Assembly: GCA_963775485.1 (NCBI GenBank)
Contig: CAVZIH010000003.1
Location: 120,252 to 184,251 of the forward strand
Source: an uncultured Solirubrobacteraceae bacterium
Lineage (GTDB): Bacteria > Actinomycetota > Thermoleophilia > Solirubrobacterales > Solirubrobacteraceae
Direction of reading: 5' to 3'
Length of the DNA: 64,000 bases
The notes under the pieces are model-generated. The model saw only the letters and a list, made by a program, of their open reading frames with translations. It did no database searches and was not told where the DNA came from. Each line of letters starts with the position of its first letter. Within the stretch, counting starts at the first letter, position 1. Of the stretch, positions 21,668-31,374 are shown piece by piece. Position numbers and translations under genes: made by a program.

Positions 21668-22399
21668 TCAGCTCAGCGTCGCTCCGTGCAGCCCCGTGGC
21701 CGGACGCTCGCGCGCATCCCACCACTCGTTGACCACGTCCAGTGCGCCGCCGATGATGCCCTCTCTGAACGACGGCGTGTCGTTCAGGCGCGGAAGCTCC
21801 TCGGCGGGCACCTCCACGCCGAGGAACGCGCACAGTGGCTCCCAGCCCTCACAGGGGTTCCACACGAGCAGGCGCTCGGCGGGCACGGCCCGCTTGACGG
21901 TCTCGTTCCAGCGGTCCATCACGGCCGCGAGGCCCTCGTCGCTGAAGGTCTCCCCGGCGAGCACCCCGGTGTCCTCGTTCCAGGTCATCCACCGCATCAG
22001 CGCCACATAACGGGCCCACAGCGGGTCGAGCTGTGCGCGCGCCTCGCTGAGGTGGTTCATCACCGAGCCGCCATGGAAGATCCCCCACACGGTCTGGCGC
22101 ATGCTGTTCACCCATTCCTCGCCGGTACGCACGCTCAGCAGGACCTTCGCCTCGGGGTAGTAGTCCATCAGCTCCGCATAGAAGCGGGCCGAGGGCCAGT
22201 CGACGGTCGAGACGGCCTGGCCGAAGATGCGCTCCCAGTCGGGCGAGCCCTCTGCCACGCGCTCCCACAGCGGCAGGCCGGACTCGAGGTCCGACAGCAG
22301 ATCGCGCATGTGGTAGCACGGGCCCAGGCCAAGCCGTTCCAGCGCGAACATCTGCGTCGTCGTGGCGGTGCGGGGAAGCCCTGCGCCGATGACCTTCAT
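21668..22399 (-). CDS. P-loop sulfotransferase-family protein (Sulfotransfer_4-like)
   Basis: KVIGAGLPRTAT, CYHM, VDWP, YPEAKVLLSVR, EGWEPLCAFLG, PRLND. Confidence 0.88.
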   Translation of the reverse strand: MKVIGAGLPRTATTTQMFALERLGLGPCYHMRDLLSDLESGLPLWERVAEGSPDWERIFGQAVSTVDWPSARFYAELMDYYPEAKVLLSVRTGEEWVNSMRQTVWGIFHGGSVMNHLSEARAQLDPLWARYVALMRWMTWNEDTGVLAGETFSDEGLAAVMDRWNETVKRAVPAERLLVWNPCEGWEPLCAFLGVEVPAEELPRLNDTPSFREGIIGGALDVVNEWWDARERPATGLHGATLS

Positions 22400-22514
22400 G
22401 AGCGTTCACACATCCTTGGCGGGGTTTCTATCAGGTCCTTCGGCCGCCCGCGCCGGGGGCGCGCGGGCAGCCGGCGCCCGCGCGTCGCGGCGCCCGCGGG
22501 CCGCGGCGGCGCCC

Positions 22515-23168
22515 TCAGGCGGCGACCCGCAGGTATGCGAGCACTGCGAGCACGCGCCGGTGGTCGTCGCCGCAGGCGGGCAGGTCGAGCTTGGCGAAGA
22601 TGTTCGTGATGTGCTTCTCGACCGCGCCGGGGGTGACCACGAGGCTGTCGGCGATGGCGGCGTTGGAGCGCCCTTCTGCCATCAGCTCCAGCACCTCGCG
22701 CTCCCGCGCGGTGAGCCGCATGAGGCCGTCCATCGAGCCTTCGCGCGGGGCCAGCAGCTCGGTGACCACCTGGCGGTCGAGCACCGTGCCGCCTGCCGCC
22801 ACCCGGTGCAGCGCGTCGAGGAACGCACGCACGTCACCGACGCGCTCCTTCAGCAGGTAGCCGATGCCCGCGGTGTTCTCGCCGATCAGCTCGCTCGCGT
22901 ACGCGGTCTCTACGTACTGCGAGAGCACGAGCACGCCCAGGTCCGGCTGGCGGCGGCGCGCCTCGATCGCCGCCTGCAGGCCCTCGTCGCTGAACGTGGG
23001 CGGCAGGCGCACGTCGACGATCGCCAGATCGGGCTGGTGCCCCGCGATCGCGCGCAGCAGGGCGGGGGCATCCTCGACCTGGGCGACCACCTCGATCTGG
23101 TTCTCGCGCAGCAGCGCCACGAGCCCCTCGCGCAGCAGCGCGAGGTCCTCGGCGATCACCACGCGCAC
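22515..23168 (-). CDS. NarL/LuxR-family response regulator
   Basis: AED..DVRLPP receiver domain, GYLLK, LTAREREVLELMAEGRSN HTH. Confidence 0.95.
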   Translation of the reverse strand: MRVVIAEDLALLREGLVALLRENQIEVVAQVEDAPALLRAIAGHQPDLAIVDVRLPPTFSDEGLQAAIEARRRQPDLGVLVLSQYVETAYASELIGENTAGIGYLLKERVGDVRAFLDALHRVAAGGTVLDRQVVTELLAPREGSMDGLMRLTAREREVLELMAEGRSNAAIADSLVVTPGAVEKHITNIFAKLDLPACGDDHRRVLAVLAYLRVAA

Positions 23169-24265
23169 GGCAGCCTCGCCTCCACGCGCGTGCCCTCACC
23201 GGCCGGGCTGTCCACCCTCAGACGGCCGTCGAGCGCCTCCACGCGGGCGCGCAGGCCCGCCAGCCCCGAGCCGTCCGGGTCGGCGCCGCCCCGGCCGTCG
23301 TCGCCGACGAGCACGACCAGCGCCCCGTCGTCGCGGCCGAGGCTCACCCGGGTGCGACGCGCAGCGGCGTGCTTGGCCGTGTTCGTGAGCGCCTCCGCGA
23401 TCACGAAGTAGGCGGCGCTCTCCACGGCGGGCGAGAGGCTCTCGCAGTCCTCGGCCTCGATCGAGGTCCCCAGGCCGTAACGCCCCGCCAGCGACTCCAC
23501 GGCGGCCACCAGGCCGCGGTCGGCCAGCAGCGGCGGCACGATCCCGCGCGCGAGATCGCGCAGCTCCGCAATCGCGAGCTGGGCCTCGCGCTGCGCCTCG
23601 GCGATCAGCCGCCGCACCTCCGGCTGATCCTGCGCCCGCAGCTCGGCGCGTCCGAGCTGGAGCGTCAGCGCCACGAGCCGCGCCTGCGCACCGTCGTGCA
23701 GGTCGCGCTCGATCCGGCGCAGCTCCATCGCCTGCGCGTCCACCGCCTGGCGGCGCGTGCGGGTGAGCAGGTCGATCCGCGCGCGCAGCGCCCGCCGCCC
23801 CCGCGCCACTAGCACCCTGTCGTGCAGCGCGATCAGCGAGTAGGCGGAGCCCGCGGTCGCCAGCCCGAACAGCGCCCAGGCCGGCCAGAAGCTATGCACG
23901 CCGGCCAGCAGCCAGGTGAGCAGCCAGGTGAACATGAGGATCACCGCCGCAACGCCCACGAGCGCCCACACGCACGCCACGCGGCGCACTGCACCGGGCG
24001 GGCGGCGCCAGGCCCAGTCGGCGGTGAAGTCCAGCAGCACCACCACGCCGAGCCCGAGCCAGGCCCACGCCGGCCAGAAGTAACCCTGCCCCCCGAGCGC
24101 CCAGATGCAGACCACGAGCACGGCCGCCAGGAACGCCAGCCGGTGCACCAGCGAGCGCGCGTACTCGCCGATCGAGAGCCCGGCCGCGAGCGTCGGCATC
24201 CACCGTCGCGGAGCCACCCCCGTGCTCAGGGAGAGGTCCACCGGCAGCCGAGCGCGCTGGCGCAT
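23156..24265 (-). CDS. Membrane sensor histidine kinase (HisKA_3)
   Basis: ERDLHDGAQ, EALTNTAKH, DDGRGG, GSGLAGL. N-terminal TM helices. Confidence 0.92.
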   Translation of the reverse strand: MRQRARLPVDLSLSTGVAPRRWMPTLAAGLSIGEYARSLVHRLAFLAAVLVVCIWALGGQGYFWPAWAWLGLGVVVLLDFTADWAWRRPPGAVRRVACVWALVGVAAVILMFTWLLTWLLAGVHSFWPAWALFGLATAGSAYSLIALHDRVLVARGRRALRARIDLLTRTRRQAVDAQAMELRRIERDLHDGAQARLVALTLQLGRAELRAQDQPEVRRLIAEAQREAQLAIAELRDLARGIVPPLLADRGLVAAVESLAGRYGLGTSIEAEDCESLSPAVESAAYFVIAEALTNTAKHAAARRTRVSLGRDDGALVVLVGDDGRGGADPDGSGLAGLRARVEALDGRLRVDSPAGEGTRVEARLPCAW

Positions 24266-24290
24266 CCCGGCATCGTCGCACGCGCCGGGC

Positions 24291-25372
24291 TCAGCCGAGC
24301 CCGCGGGCACCCACCGCCTTGGCCGCACGCCGCTGCGGGCTGATCCGCTGCACGTCCCACACGAGCCCCGCCCGCTCCATCCCCGCGATCACGAGGCCCG
24401 AGATGTCCACCTCGCCGCGGCCCATGCCGTGGAAGGCGGAGGTGGGGAAGGCGTGGTGGTTGTTGTGCCAGGCCTCACCGAAGGACAGCGGCGCGAGCCA
24501 CAGCAGGTTGCGCGAGTGATCCTCGGTCGCGAACCGGCGCCGCCCGAAGAAGTGGCACAGCGAGTTGATGCTGTAGGTCACGTGGTGCAGCACCAGGATC
24601 CGCACGGCCCCGCCCCACAGCAGCCCCTCGAGGCCGGCCTTGACGGTCCCGCCGATCAGCATGCCCAGCGCGAACGGGATCGCCAGCCCGAGCAGCGACC
24701 AGAGCACGAAGGTGCGGTCGACGAACGACACCACCGGGTCGGCCAGCAGATCCGGCGCGAAACGTTCGCGCGAGCCGCGCTGGCTGTGGTCGAACAGCCA
24801 GCCCGCGTGTGCATGGCCGAGCCCGCGCAGCGCCCCGCGCCAGCCCACGCCGTGGTCGACGTGTGGGCTGTGGGGGTCGCCGAGGCGATCGCTGTAGGCG
24901 TGGTGCTTTCGGTGGTCGGCCACCCAGGAGATCACCGGGCCCTCCACCGCCATCGTGCCGAGGATCGCCAGCAGCCCGCGCATCGGACTCGAGGTCTTGA
25001 AGCTGCGGTGGGTGAACAGCCGGTGGAAGCCCACCGTTATCCCCAGCCCCGTTGCCACGTAGAGCACGGCGAAGATCGCGATGTCGGCCGGGTAGAGCTC
25101 GTGGTTCCACAGCTGCCAGCAGCCGAGCGCCAGCAGCAGCGGCGGCACCGCCGTGATCACCGCCGTCGCCGCCCGGTCCACGTTTTCGAGCACCGGCACC
25201 TGGATCTCCTCCGGCAGCGGGCCCTCGACGGCGGGCGCGGCGGCGGGCGGCTCAGCGGCCGGCGGCGCGGTGCTCGCCGCTGGACCATCGGCGAGCACGG
25301 AGGGCGTCTCGGCGAGCACGGAGCGCGTCTCGGGCGCGTGCGGCTCGGCGAGCGGTCCCGGGGGGCGTTCAT
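24291..25372 (-). CDS. Acyl-CoA (delta-9-like) fatty acid desaturase; ATG at 25372 is in frame only if a base is restored in the G6 run near 25361
   Basis: His boxes HRLFTH, HRKHH, HNNHH; DPHSP; INSLCH. Confidence 0.9.
25290..25331. repeat. 21-bp tandem duplication in the desaturase N-terminus
   Basis: ggcgagcacggagggcgtctc followed by ggcgagcacggagcgcgtctc (1 mismatch). Confidence 0.8.
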
Positions 25373-25515
25373 GCCGGTCACATTCTCCGGCGCCGCAACG
25401 CGCCTGTCGATGCGGCCGGCCACCGGGGAGGAGGCGGTCAACCCCCGAGTGCGATGTCGGGATAACCCCCCACGGCCGATGCGGCCGCCGCGGGCCGCGC
25501 CCGGCCCGGGCGAGG

Positions 25516-26502
25516 CTAGCGAACGTCGAGCACGACCTTGCCGAGAGCGCGGCGCTCGTCGAGCGCGCGCAGCGCCTCGGCGGCCTGCTCGAGGGGATAG
25601 CGCTGGCCGATGATCGGCCGGATGAAGCCCTCGTCGACCATCCGGTTGACCGCGCCGCCGATCTCCCGGTTGAGCTCGGGCTTGCCCATCACGTAGGCGC
25701 CCCACCCGGCCCCCACGACGGAGATGTTGCGCAGCAGCAGGCGGTTGACCTTGACCTCGGGGATCGAGCCGCCGGCGAAGCCCACGACGAGCAGTCGGCC
25801 GTCCTCGCGCAGCGAGCGCAGGCTGTCGGTGAACCGGTCGCCGCCGACCGGGTCGAGCACGACGTCCACGCCACCCCCGGAGAGCTCGTTGACCTCGTCC
25901 TTCCAACCCTCGCCGGCGAGCACCACGTGGTCCGCGCCGGCCTCCTCGGCGACGCGCTTCTTCTCCTCGCTGGAGACGAGCCCGATCGTGCGCGCGCCGA
26001 CCGCGCGGGCGACCTGCAGCCCGGCCGTTCCCACACCCCCGGCGGCTCCCTGGACGAGCACGGACTCGCCCCGCTTCAGGCCGCCGCGCAGCACGAGCGC
26101 GAAGTAGGCGGTGTGGTAGTTGAGGATCAGCGCCGCGCCCTGGGCGAAGTCGAGCTCGGGCGACAGCGGAAAGGTGAAGAACTCGGGCGCGACGACCGTC
26201 TCGGCGAACCCCCCGAGCGCGCAGAAGGCGGCCACGCGGTCGCCGGCGACCACCGCGGCGCCCGCGGGCGCGCTGCGCACGACGCCGCCGACCTCGCTGC
26301 CGGGGACGTAGGGGAGCGTGGGTTTGAGCTGGTACTGCCCGCGCGTCTGCAGCAGCTCGGGGAAGGAGACGCCCGCCACGTGCACATCGACGACCACGCC
26401 CTCGCCGGGGGTGAGCATGTGCGATGGCTCCGGCTCGGGTAGCTCGAGCAGCTTCAGGGCGGTGTCGGGACCGGACTCGTCGACGATCTGGATGGCTCGC
26501 AT
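25516..26502 (-). CDS. NADPH:quinone oxidoreductase (MDR family)
   Basis: PYVPGSEVGG, GAAGGVG, DPVGG, GFAGG, GKVVL. Confidence 0.9.
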   Translation of the reverse strand: MRAIQIVDESGPDTALKLLELPEPEPSHMLTPGEGVVVDVHVAGVSFPELLQTRGQYQLKPTLPYVPGSEVGGVVRSAPAGAAVVAGDRVAAFCALGGFAETVVAPEFFTFPLSPELDFAQGAALILNYHTAYFALVLRGGLKRGESVLVQGAAGGVGTAGLQVARAVGARTIGLVSSEEKKRVAEEAGADHVVLAGEGWKDEVNELSGGGVDVVLDPVGGDRFTDSLRSLREDGRLLVVGFAGGSIPEVKVNRLLLRNISVVGAGWGAYVMGKPELNREIGGAVNRMVDEGFIRPIIGQRYPLEQAAEALRALDERRALGKVVLDVR

Positions 26503-26651
26503 TGCGCGGATTATGTCCGAGCGCTGCCGGCGCGGCGTTCAGGGTCGCGGGAGCGGCTCGGAGAGGCGGGCCGGCCGCGCCTGGCTCATAATCGGCGGAT
26601 CTGTGCCGCGCACCCCGAGGGCCGCGGCGAACACCGAGGAGAGGTCAGGCC

Positions 26652-27854
26652 ATGGCGAACGTTCTCTGCGTGCTCTACGACGACCCGGTCGACGGCTATC
26701 CGCCCGCCTACGCGCGCGACGCCATCCCCACGATCGAGCGCTACCACGACGGCCAGAGCACGCCCACGCCTGCGGGCCTCGGCTTCCGGCCGGGCGAGCT
26801 GGTCGGCTGCGTCTCGGGCGAGCTCGGCCTGCGCGAGTTCCTGGAGGAGCGCGGGCATCGGCTGATCGTCACCTCCGACAAGGACGGCCCCGACTCGGTC
26901 TTCGAGCGCGAGCTCGCGGAGGCCGAGGTCGTGATCTCCCAGCCGTTCTGGCCCGCCTACCTCACCGCCGAGCGGATCGCCCGCGCGCCCCGGCTGAAGC
27001 TCGCCCTGACGGCCGGCATCGGCTCCGACCACGTGGATCTCCAGGCCGCGATCGACCACGGCCTGACCGTCGCCGAGGTGACCTACTCGAACAGCATCAG
27101 CGTGGCCGAGCACGTCGTGATGATGATCCTCGCGCTCGTGCGCAACTACATCCCGTCCCATCAGTGGGTGCTGGACGGCGGCTGGAACATCGCGGACTGC
27201 AGCGCGCGCGCCTACGACCTCGAGGGCATGCAGGTGGGGACGGTCGCCGCCGGCCGCATCGGCTCGGCGGTCCTCCGTCGCCTGGCGCCGTTCGAGGTGG
27301 GCCTGCATTACACCGACCGCCACCGTCTCCCGCCGGAGGTCGAGCAGGAGCTCGGCGTCACCTTCCACCCCAGCGTCGAGTCGCTCGTGGAGGCCTGCGA
27401 CGTCGTCACGATCAACGCCCCGCTGCACCCCGAGACCGAGCACCTCTTCGACGAGGAGATGATCGGACGCATGAAACGGGGCGCCTACCTGATCAACACC
27501 GCACGCGGGAAGATCTGCGACCGCGACGCAGTTGCACGAGCCTGCCAGAGCGGGCGGCTGGCGGGGTACGCCGGCGATGTCTGGTTCCCCCAGCCGGCGC
27601 CCGGTGACCACCCGTGGCGGACGATGCCCCATCACGGGATGACCCCCCACACCTCCGGCACGACGCTCTCGGCGCAGGCCCGCTACGCGGCCGGCACGCG
27701 CGAGATCCTCGAGTGCTGGTTCGACGGGCGGCCGATCCGCGAGGAATACCTGATCGTCGACGGCGGCCGCCTCGCGGGCGCCGGCGCGCACTCCTACAGC
27801 GCCGGGAACGCCACCGGCGGCTCCGAGGAGGCGGCCCGCTTCAGCGGCTCCTGA
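26652..27854 (+). CDS. fdh: NAD-dependent formate dehydrogenase (metal-independent)
   Basis: SQPFWPAY, AGIGSDH, NSISVAEH, AAGRIG, YTDRH, NTARG, PQPAP.DHPWR, PHTSG. Confidence 0.96.
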   Translation: MANVLCVLYDDPVDGYPPAYARDAIPTIERYHDGQSTPTPAGLGFRPGELVGCVSGELGLREFLEERGHRLIVTSDKDGPDSVFERELAEAEVVISQPFWPAYLTAERIARAPRLKLALTAGIGSDHVDLQAAIDHGLTVAEVTYSNSISVAEHVVMMILALVRNYIPSHQWVLDGGWNIADCSARAYDLEGMQVGTVAAGRIGSAVLRRLAPFEVGLHYTDRHRLPPEVEQELGVTFHPSVESLVEACDVVTINAPLHPETEHLFDEEMIGRMKRGAYLINTARGKICDRDAVARACQSGRLAGYAGDVWFPQPAPGDHPWRTMPHHGMTPHTSGTTLSAQARYAAGTREILECWFDGRPIREEYLIVDGGRLAGAGAHSYSAGNATGGSEEAARFSGS

Positions 27855-27890
27855 GCCGGCCCCGTACGGTCGGTCCACCCGCGCGGACGG

Positions 27891-28820
27891 TCAGTCAACG
27901 AGCAGCACGGCCTTCCCCGCGAGGCCCCGCCCGAGCAGCGCCTCGACCGCGCCCGCGGCGGCGCGCCAGGAGTCCTCGAGCGCCACCGAGCACTCCAGGC
28001 GCCCATCTGCCACGAGCTCAACCAGACGGCCGAGGTCGCGTGCACAGCCGCCTTCGCGCTGCACCTGGGCGAACAGCAGCAGACCGTGGAGGCGTGCGCC
28101 GGGCGCCCGCCCGAACAGCGACCGCGTGGGAAACGCAACCGGCGCCTGGTCGCTGGAGGCGAACGAGACGACGGTGCCGAAGGGGGCCACCCGCTGCAGT
28201 GCGGCGCCCAGGGTCGCGCCGCCGACACCCTCCACGATCCCGTCGAACTCCTCGCCGGCGGGCTCGAGCTCGGCGATCACCTCGTCGGCGCCGAGCCGCT
28301 CCACGCCGCGTGCGCGCTCCGGGTTCGAGGCGACCGCGGTGACGTGCGCCCCCGCGAGCTTCGCCAGCTGCACGGCGAAGTGGCCCACGCCGCCGCTCGC
28401 CCCGGTGACGAGAACGCGGCGCGCAAGCACCGGGCCGATGATGTCCAGCGCCTTCAGCGCCGTCAGGCCGGCGACCGGAAGGGTTGCGGCCTGGACGTCG
28501 GAGACCGAGCCCGGCAGCGGCGCGAGCATGCTCGTCTCGACCGCCGCGAGCTGGGCCCAGGCGCCGCGCGCGAGGAGCCCCACCACGCGTGTGCCCTGCA
28601 CCGGCCCGCTGCCGTCGGGCGCCGTCCGCTCGACCGTGCCGGCGAGGTCCCAGCCGGTGATCTCGCCGTCGCGCATCTCCGCCAGACGCCTGGTCTCGCC
28701 GCGGTTGAGCGAGAACGCGCCCACGCGCACGAGCGCCTGGCCCGGCAGCTGGACGGGGTCGGGGACCTCCCGCAGCTCCACGTGCCCCGGCGCCTGCGGT
28801 GCGGCGGTCAGCGCGAACAT
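27891..28820 (-). CDS. Zinc-binding dehydrogenase-family (MDR) oxidoreductase
   Basis: From MFALTAAP: [25 protein letters not shown]. Confidence 0.88.
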   Translation of the reverse strand: MFALTAAPQAPGHVELREVPDPVQLPGQALVRVGAFSLNRGETRRLAEMRDGEITGWDLAGTVERTAPDGSGPVQGTRVVGLLARGAWAQLAAVETSMLAPLPGSVSDVQAATLPVAGLTALKALDIIGPVLARRVLVTGASGGVGHFAVQLAKLAGAHVTAVASNPERARGVERLGADEVIAELEPAGEEFDGIVEGVGGATLGAALQRVAPFGTVVSFASSDQAPVAFPTRSLFGRAPGARLHGLLLFAQVQREGGCARDLGRLVELVADGRLECSVALEDSWRAAAGAVEALLGRGLAGKAVLLVD

Positions 28821-29872
28821 CAGCTCCGGCTCGAGGCCGCCCACAGGTCGACCTCGCCCTCCTGCGCGTGGCGGTCGATCTCCGCGAGCTCCTCGGCCGT
28901 GAAGTCGAGCCGCGCCAGGGCCGCGACGTTCTGCTCGAGCTGCTCGACGCTGCTCGCCCCGAGCAGTGCCGAGGTCACCCGCGGATCGCGCAGCGCCCAG
29001 GCGATCGCCAGCTGCGCAAGCGACTGGCCGCGGCCCGCGGCGACCTCGTTGAGCGCCCGCACGCGGGAGAGGTTCTCCTCGGTGATCAGCTTCGATGGGA
29101 AGTAGTTGCCGCGGCGCACCCGCGAGTCCTCGGATATGCCGTGGAGGTAGCGGTCGGTGAGCAGGCCCTGCGCCAGCGGCGAGAAGACGATCGCGCCGGC
29201 CCCCTCGCGCTGGAGCACGTCGAGCAGCTCGCCCTCGATCCAGCGGTTGAGCATCGAGTAGGAGGGCTGGTGGATCAGCAGCGGGGTGCCGAGCTCGCGC
29301 AGGATCCGCGCCGCCTCCTCGGTGCGGGCCGGCCCGTAGGAGGAGATCCCGACGTAGCGGGCCTTGCCCTCGCGCACGGCGGTGTCGAGCGCGCCCATCG
29401 TCTCCTGCAGCGGCGTGTCGGGGTCGAAGCGATGCGAGTAGAAGATGTCCACGTACTCGAGCCCCATCCGCCGCAGGCTCTGATCGAGACTGGCCAGCAG
29501 GTACTTGCGCGATCCCCACTCGCCATATGGGCCGGGCCACATGTCGTAGCCGGCCTTCGTGGAGACGATCAGCTCGTCGCGGTAGGGCCGCAGGTCCTCG
29601 GCGAGCACGCGGCCGAAGTTGATCTCGGCGCTGCCGTAGGGCGGCCCGTAGTTGTTCGCCAGGTCGAAGTGCGTGATGCCGAGATCGAACGCTCTGCGTA
29701 GCATCGCGCGGCTGTCCGCGAGTGGGCGGTCGTCGCCGAAGTTCTGCCACAGGCCGAGCGAGATCGCCGGGAGCGAGAGGCCGCTGCGCCCGCAGCCGCG
29801 GTAGGACATCTCCCGATAGCGGCCGGGCGCCGGCGTGTAGTGCGTGGGACCGAGCTCTGGGTTGTAGGGCAC
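28820..29872 (-). CDS. mgrA: Aldo/keto reductase (MgrA/YghZ, L-glyceraldehyde-3-phosphate reductase family)
   Basis: [51 protein letters not shown]. Confidence 0.9.
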   Translation of the reverse strand: MPYNPELGPTHYTPAPGRYREMSYRGCGRSGLSLPAISLGLWQNFGDDRPLADSRAMLRRAFDLGITHFDLANNYGPPYGSAEINFGRVLAEDLRPYRDELIVSTKAGYDMWPGPYGEWGSRKYLLASLDQSLRRMGLEYVDIFYSHRFDPDTPLQETMGALDTAVREGKARYVGISSYGPARTEEAARILRELGTPLLIHQPSYSMLNRWIEGELLDVLQREGAGAIVFSPLAQGLLTDRYLHGISEDSRVRRGNYFPSKLITEENLSRVRALNEVAAGRGQSLAQLAIAWALRDPRVTSALLGASSVEQLEQNVAALARLDFTAEELAEIDRHAQEGEVDLWAASSRS

Positions 29873-29954
29873 TGGTGCAGTTATACGTCACCGCGCGTGT
29901 CCTCACGCACCGGATGCGGCGACCGCGTGGCGCCGTGCCGTGGCGCCGGGATCG

Positions 29955-30374
29955 CTAGAGCGAGGCTTGCTCGGAGGCGGTCCCCGCCGGGACCGCGTAG
30001 CGCGCAACCGTGAAGGCGATCAGAACCGGCACCTGCACCGCGAACACGACCAGCGAGAGCGAGAGCACGACGAGCGGGCCGCCGCTGAGACCGTTGCGCA
30101 GGAACACGTACTCGATCATCCCGGCGATCACCGAGTATGCGAGCAGCGCCCAGCGGGCGACGTACAGGAAGCGCTCCCGGGCGAAGCCCGGCGCCCGCGC
30201 GATCGCCACGAGATTGGCGACGAGCAGGAGCGCCGAGGCCGACAGCAGCGCGATCGCGGGCGCGAGCGGCACGTGCTCGGGGATGTGCGCGGCGAGGTAG
30301 ATGCCGCCGGCGAGCACCAGGCCGAGCGAGAGCATCCCGACCTGCGTCACCGGGGGCAGGCGCCGCTCGCTCAT
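29955..30374 (-). CDS. Hypothetical 4-TM membrane protein
   Basis: Four hydrophobic segments, co-oriented with neighbours. Confidence 0.7.
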   Translation of the reverse strand: MSERRLPPVTQVGMLSLGLVLAGGIYLAAHIPEHVPLAPAIALLSASALLLVANLVAIARAPGFARERFLYVARWALLAYSVIAGMIEYVFLRNGLSGGPLVVLSLSLVVFAVQVPVLIAFTVARYAVPAGTASEQASL

Positions 30375-30390
30375 CCCGCGGCCGGCTCGA

Positions 30391-31008
30391 TCATCCGGCG
30401 GCCAGCTTGGTCATGATCACGAGCGTCGCCACCTGCATCAGCCCGGTCGCCCCGGCCGTGTAGATGAAGCGCTTCATCAGCCGCTCGATCACCTCGGGGT
30501 TCGGCTGCGGCTTCTTCAGCTCGAACAGCACCGCGATGTTGGCCGGCTCGAGCAGACCGAGCGCGATCACCGCCATTACGCCGACGACGATGTAGCTGGC
30601 CACGATCCAGCCGTGCAGCGCGTAGCTGGACTGGTTGGTGCCGAGGTGGGTCGCCAGCTGCCAGCCGGCGGCGAGGGTGACGGTCACGGCGGTGGGCATG
30701 ATCAGCACCATCTTGGGCATCAGCCGCGTGGTGAACTCGACCCGCGCGGGGATCGACATGCTGCCGATGATCGGGCCGAGCACGAAGCCGAGGAACAGGT
30801 CGATGATCGTCCAGGAGGCGCCGCCGACGACGTGGAAGAACTCCAGCGGCCACAGTTTGTCGACCGCGATCGCGGTGATCAGCAGCGCCAGGACCACGCC
30901 GACGATCGGCAGGCCGGCGCGGGGCACGATCTGGAAGTCCGGGCGCTCGATCGCGACGGCAGGAGCCTCGGCCGCGGCCGGGCCGGGGTGTGTTGCGGCG
31001 CTGGCCAT
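30391..31008 (-). CDS. Hypothetical multi-TM membrane protein
   Basis: About 5 TM segments, FFHVVGGASWTIIDLFLGFVLGP motif. Confidence 0.72.
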   Translation of the reverse strand: MASAATHPGPAAAEAPAVAIERPDFQIVPRAGLPIVGVVLALLITAIAVDKLWPLEFFHVVGGASWTIIDLFLGFVLGPIIGSMSIPARVEFTTRLMPKMVLIMPTAVTVTLAAGWQLATHLGTNQSSYALHGWIVASYIVVGVMAVIALGLLEPANIAVLFELKKPQPNPEVIERLMKRFIYTAGATGLMQVATLVIMTKLAAG

Positions 31009-31020
31009 CGCCGAGAGAAT

Positions 31021-31365
31021 CTAGCGCGCCGGCGGACGGAGCGCCAGCGCTCCGGCGGCGCCGAGAGCGGGCGCGTCGGACTGCGTCCAGGCGGCCGCCG
31101 CCGTCACGGCCGAGACGAGCAGGACCGACGGCCAGGCGCCGATCGCGAGCGCGAGCAGGTGGGAGGCGATGAACGCACCGAGCCCCACACCGAGGAGGCG
31201 AGCGGCGACGCCTGCGCCGCTGCGCCTGCTCCAGATCCTCGCGCAGCCGTAGCCGCCGGCGAGCAGCACCGCGCCGCCCAGCGGCCGCGAGCCGGTGCCC
31301 GAGGCGACCGCGTAGCCGGCGATCAGGGTTCCGGCGGCGAGGGGCGCTGTCGGGATCGGGCGCAT
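31021..31365 (-). CDS. Small hypothetical membrane protein
   Basis: Hydrophobic 114-aa ORF filling the gap between USP and 31008. Confidence 0.65.
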   Translation of the reverse strand: MRPIPTAPLAAGTLIAGYAVASGTGSRPLGGAVLLAGGYGCARIWSRRSGAGVAARLLGVGLGAFIASHLLALAIGAWPSVLLVSAVTAAAAWTQSDAPALGAAGALALRPPAR

Positions 31366-31374
31366 GCCCTCAGC

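Noticed and set aside
25355-25372. Phase variation or programmed frameshift at the G6 run in the desaturase 5' end
   Set aside because: The run is short and the window shows other long-read-type indels, so a homopolymer error is more parsimonious. A downstream GTG start is also available.
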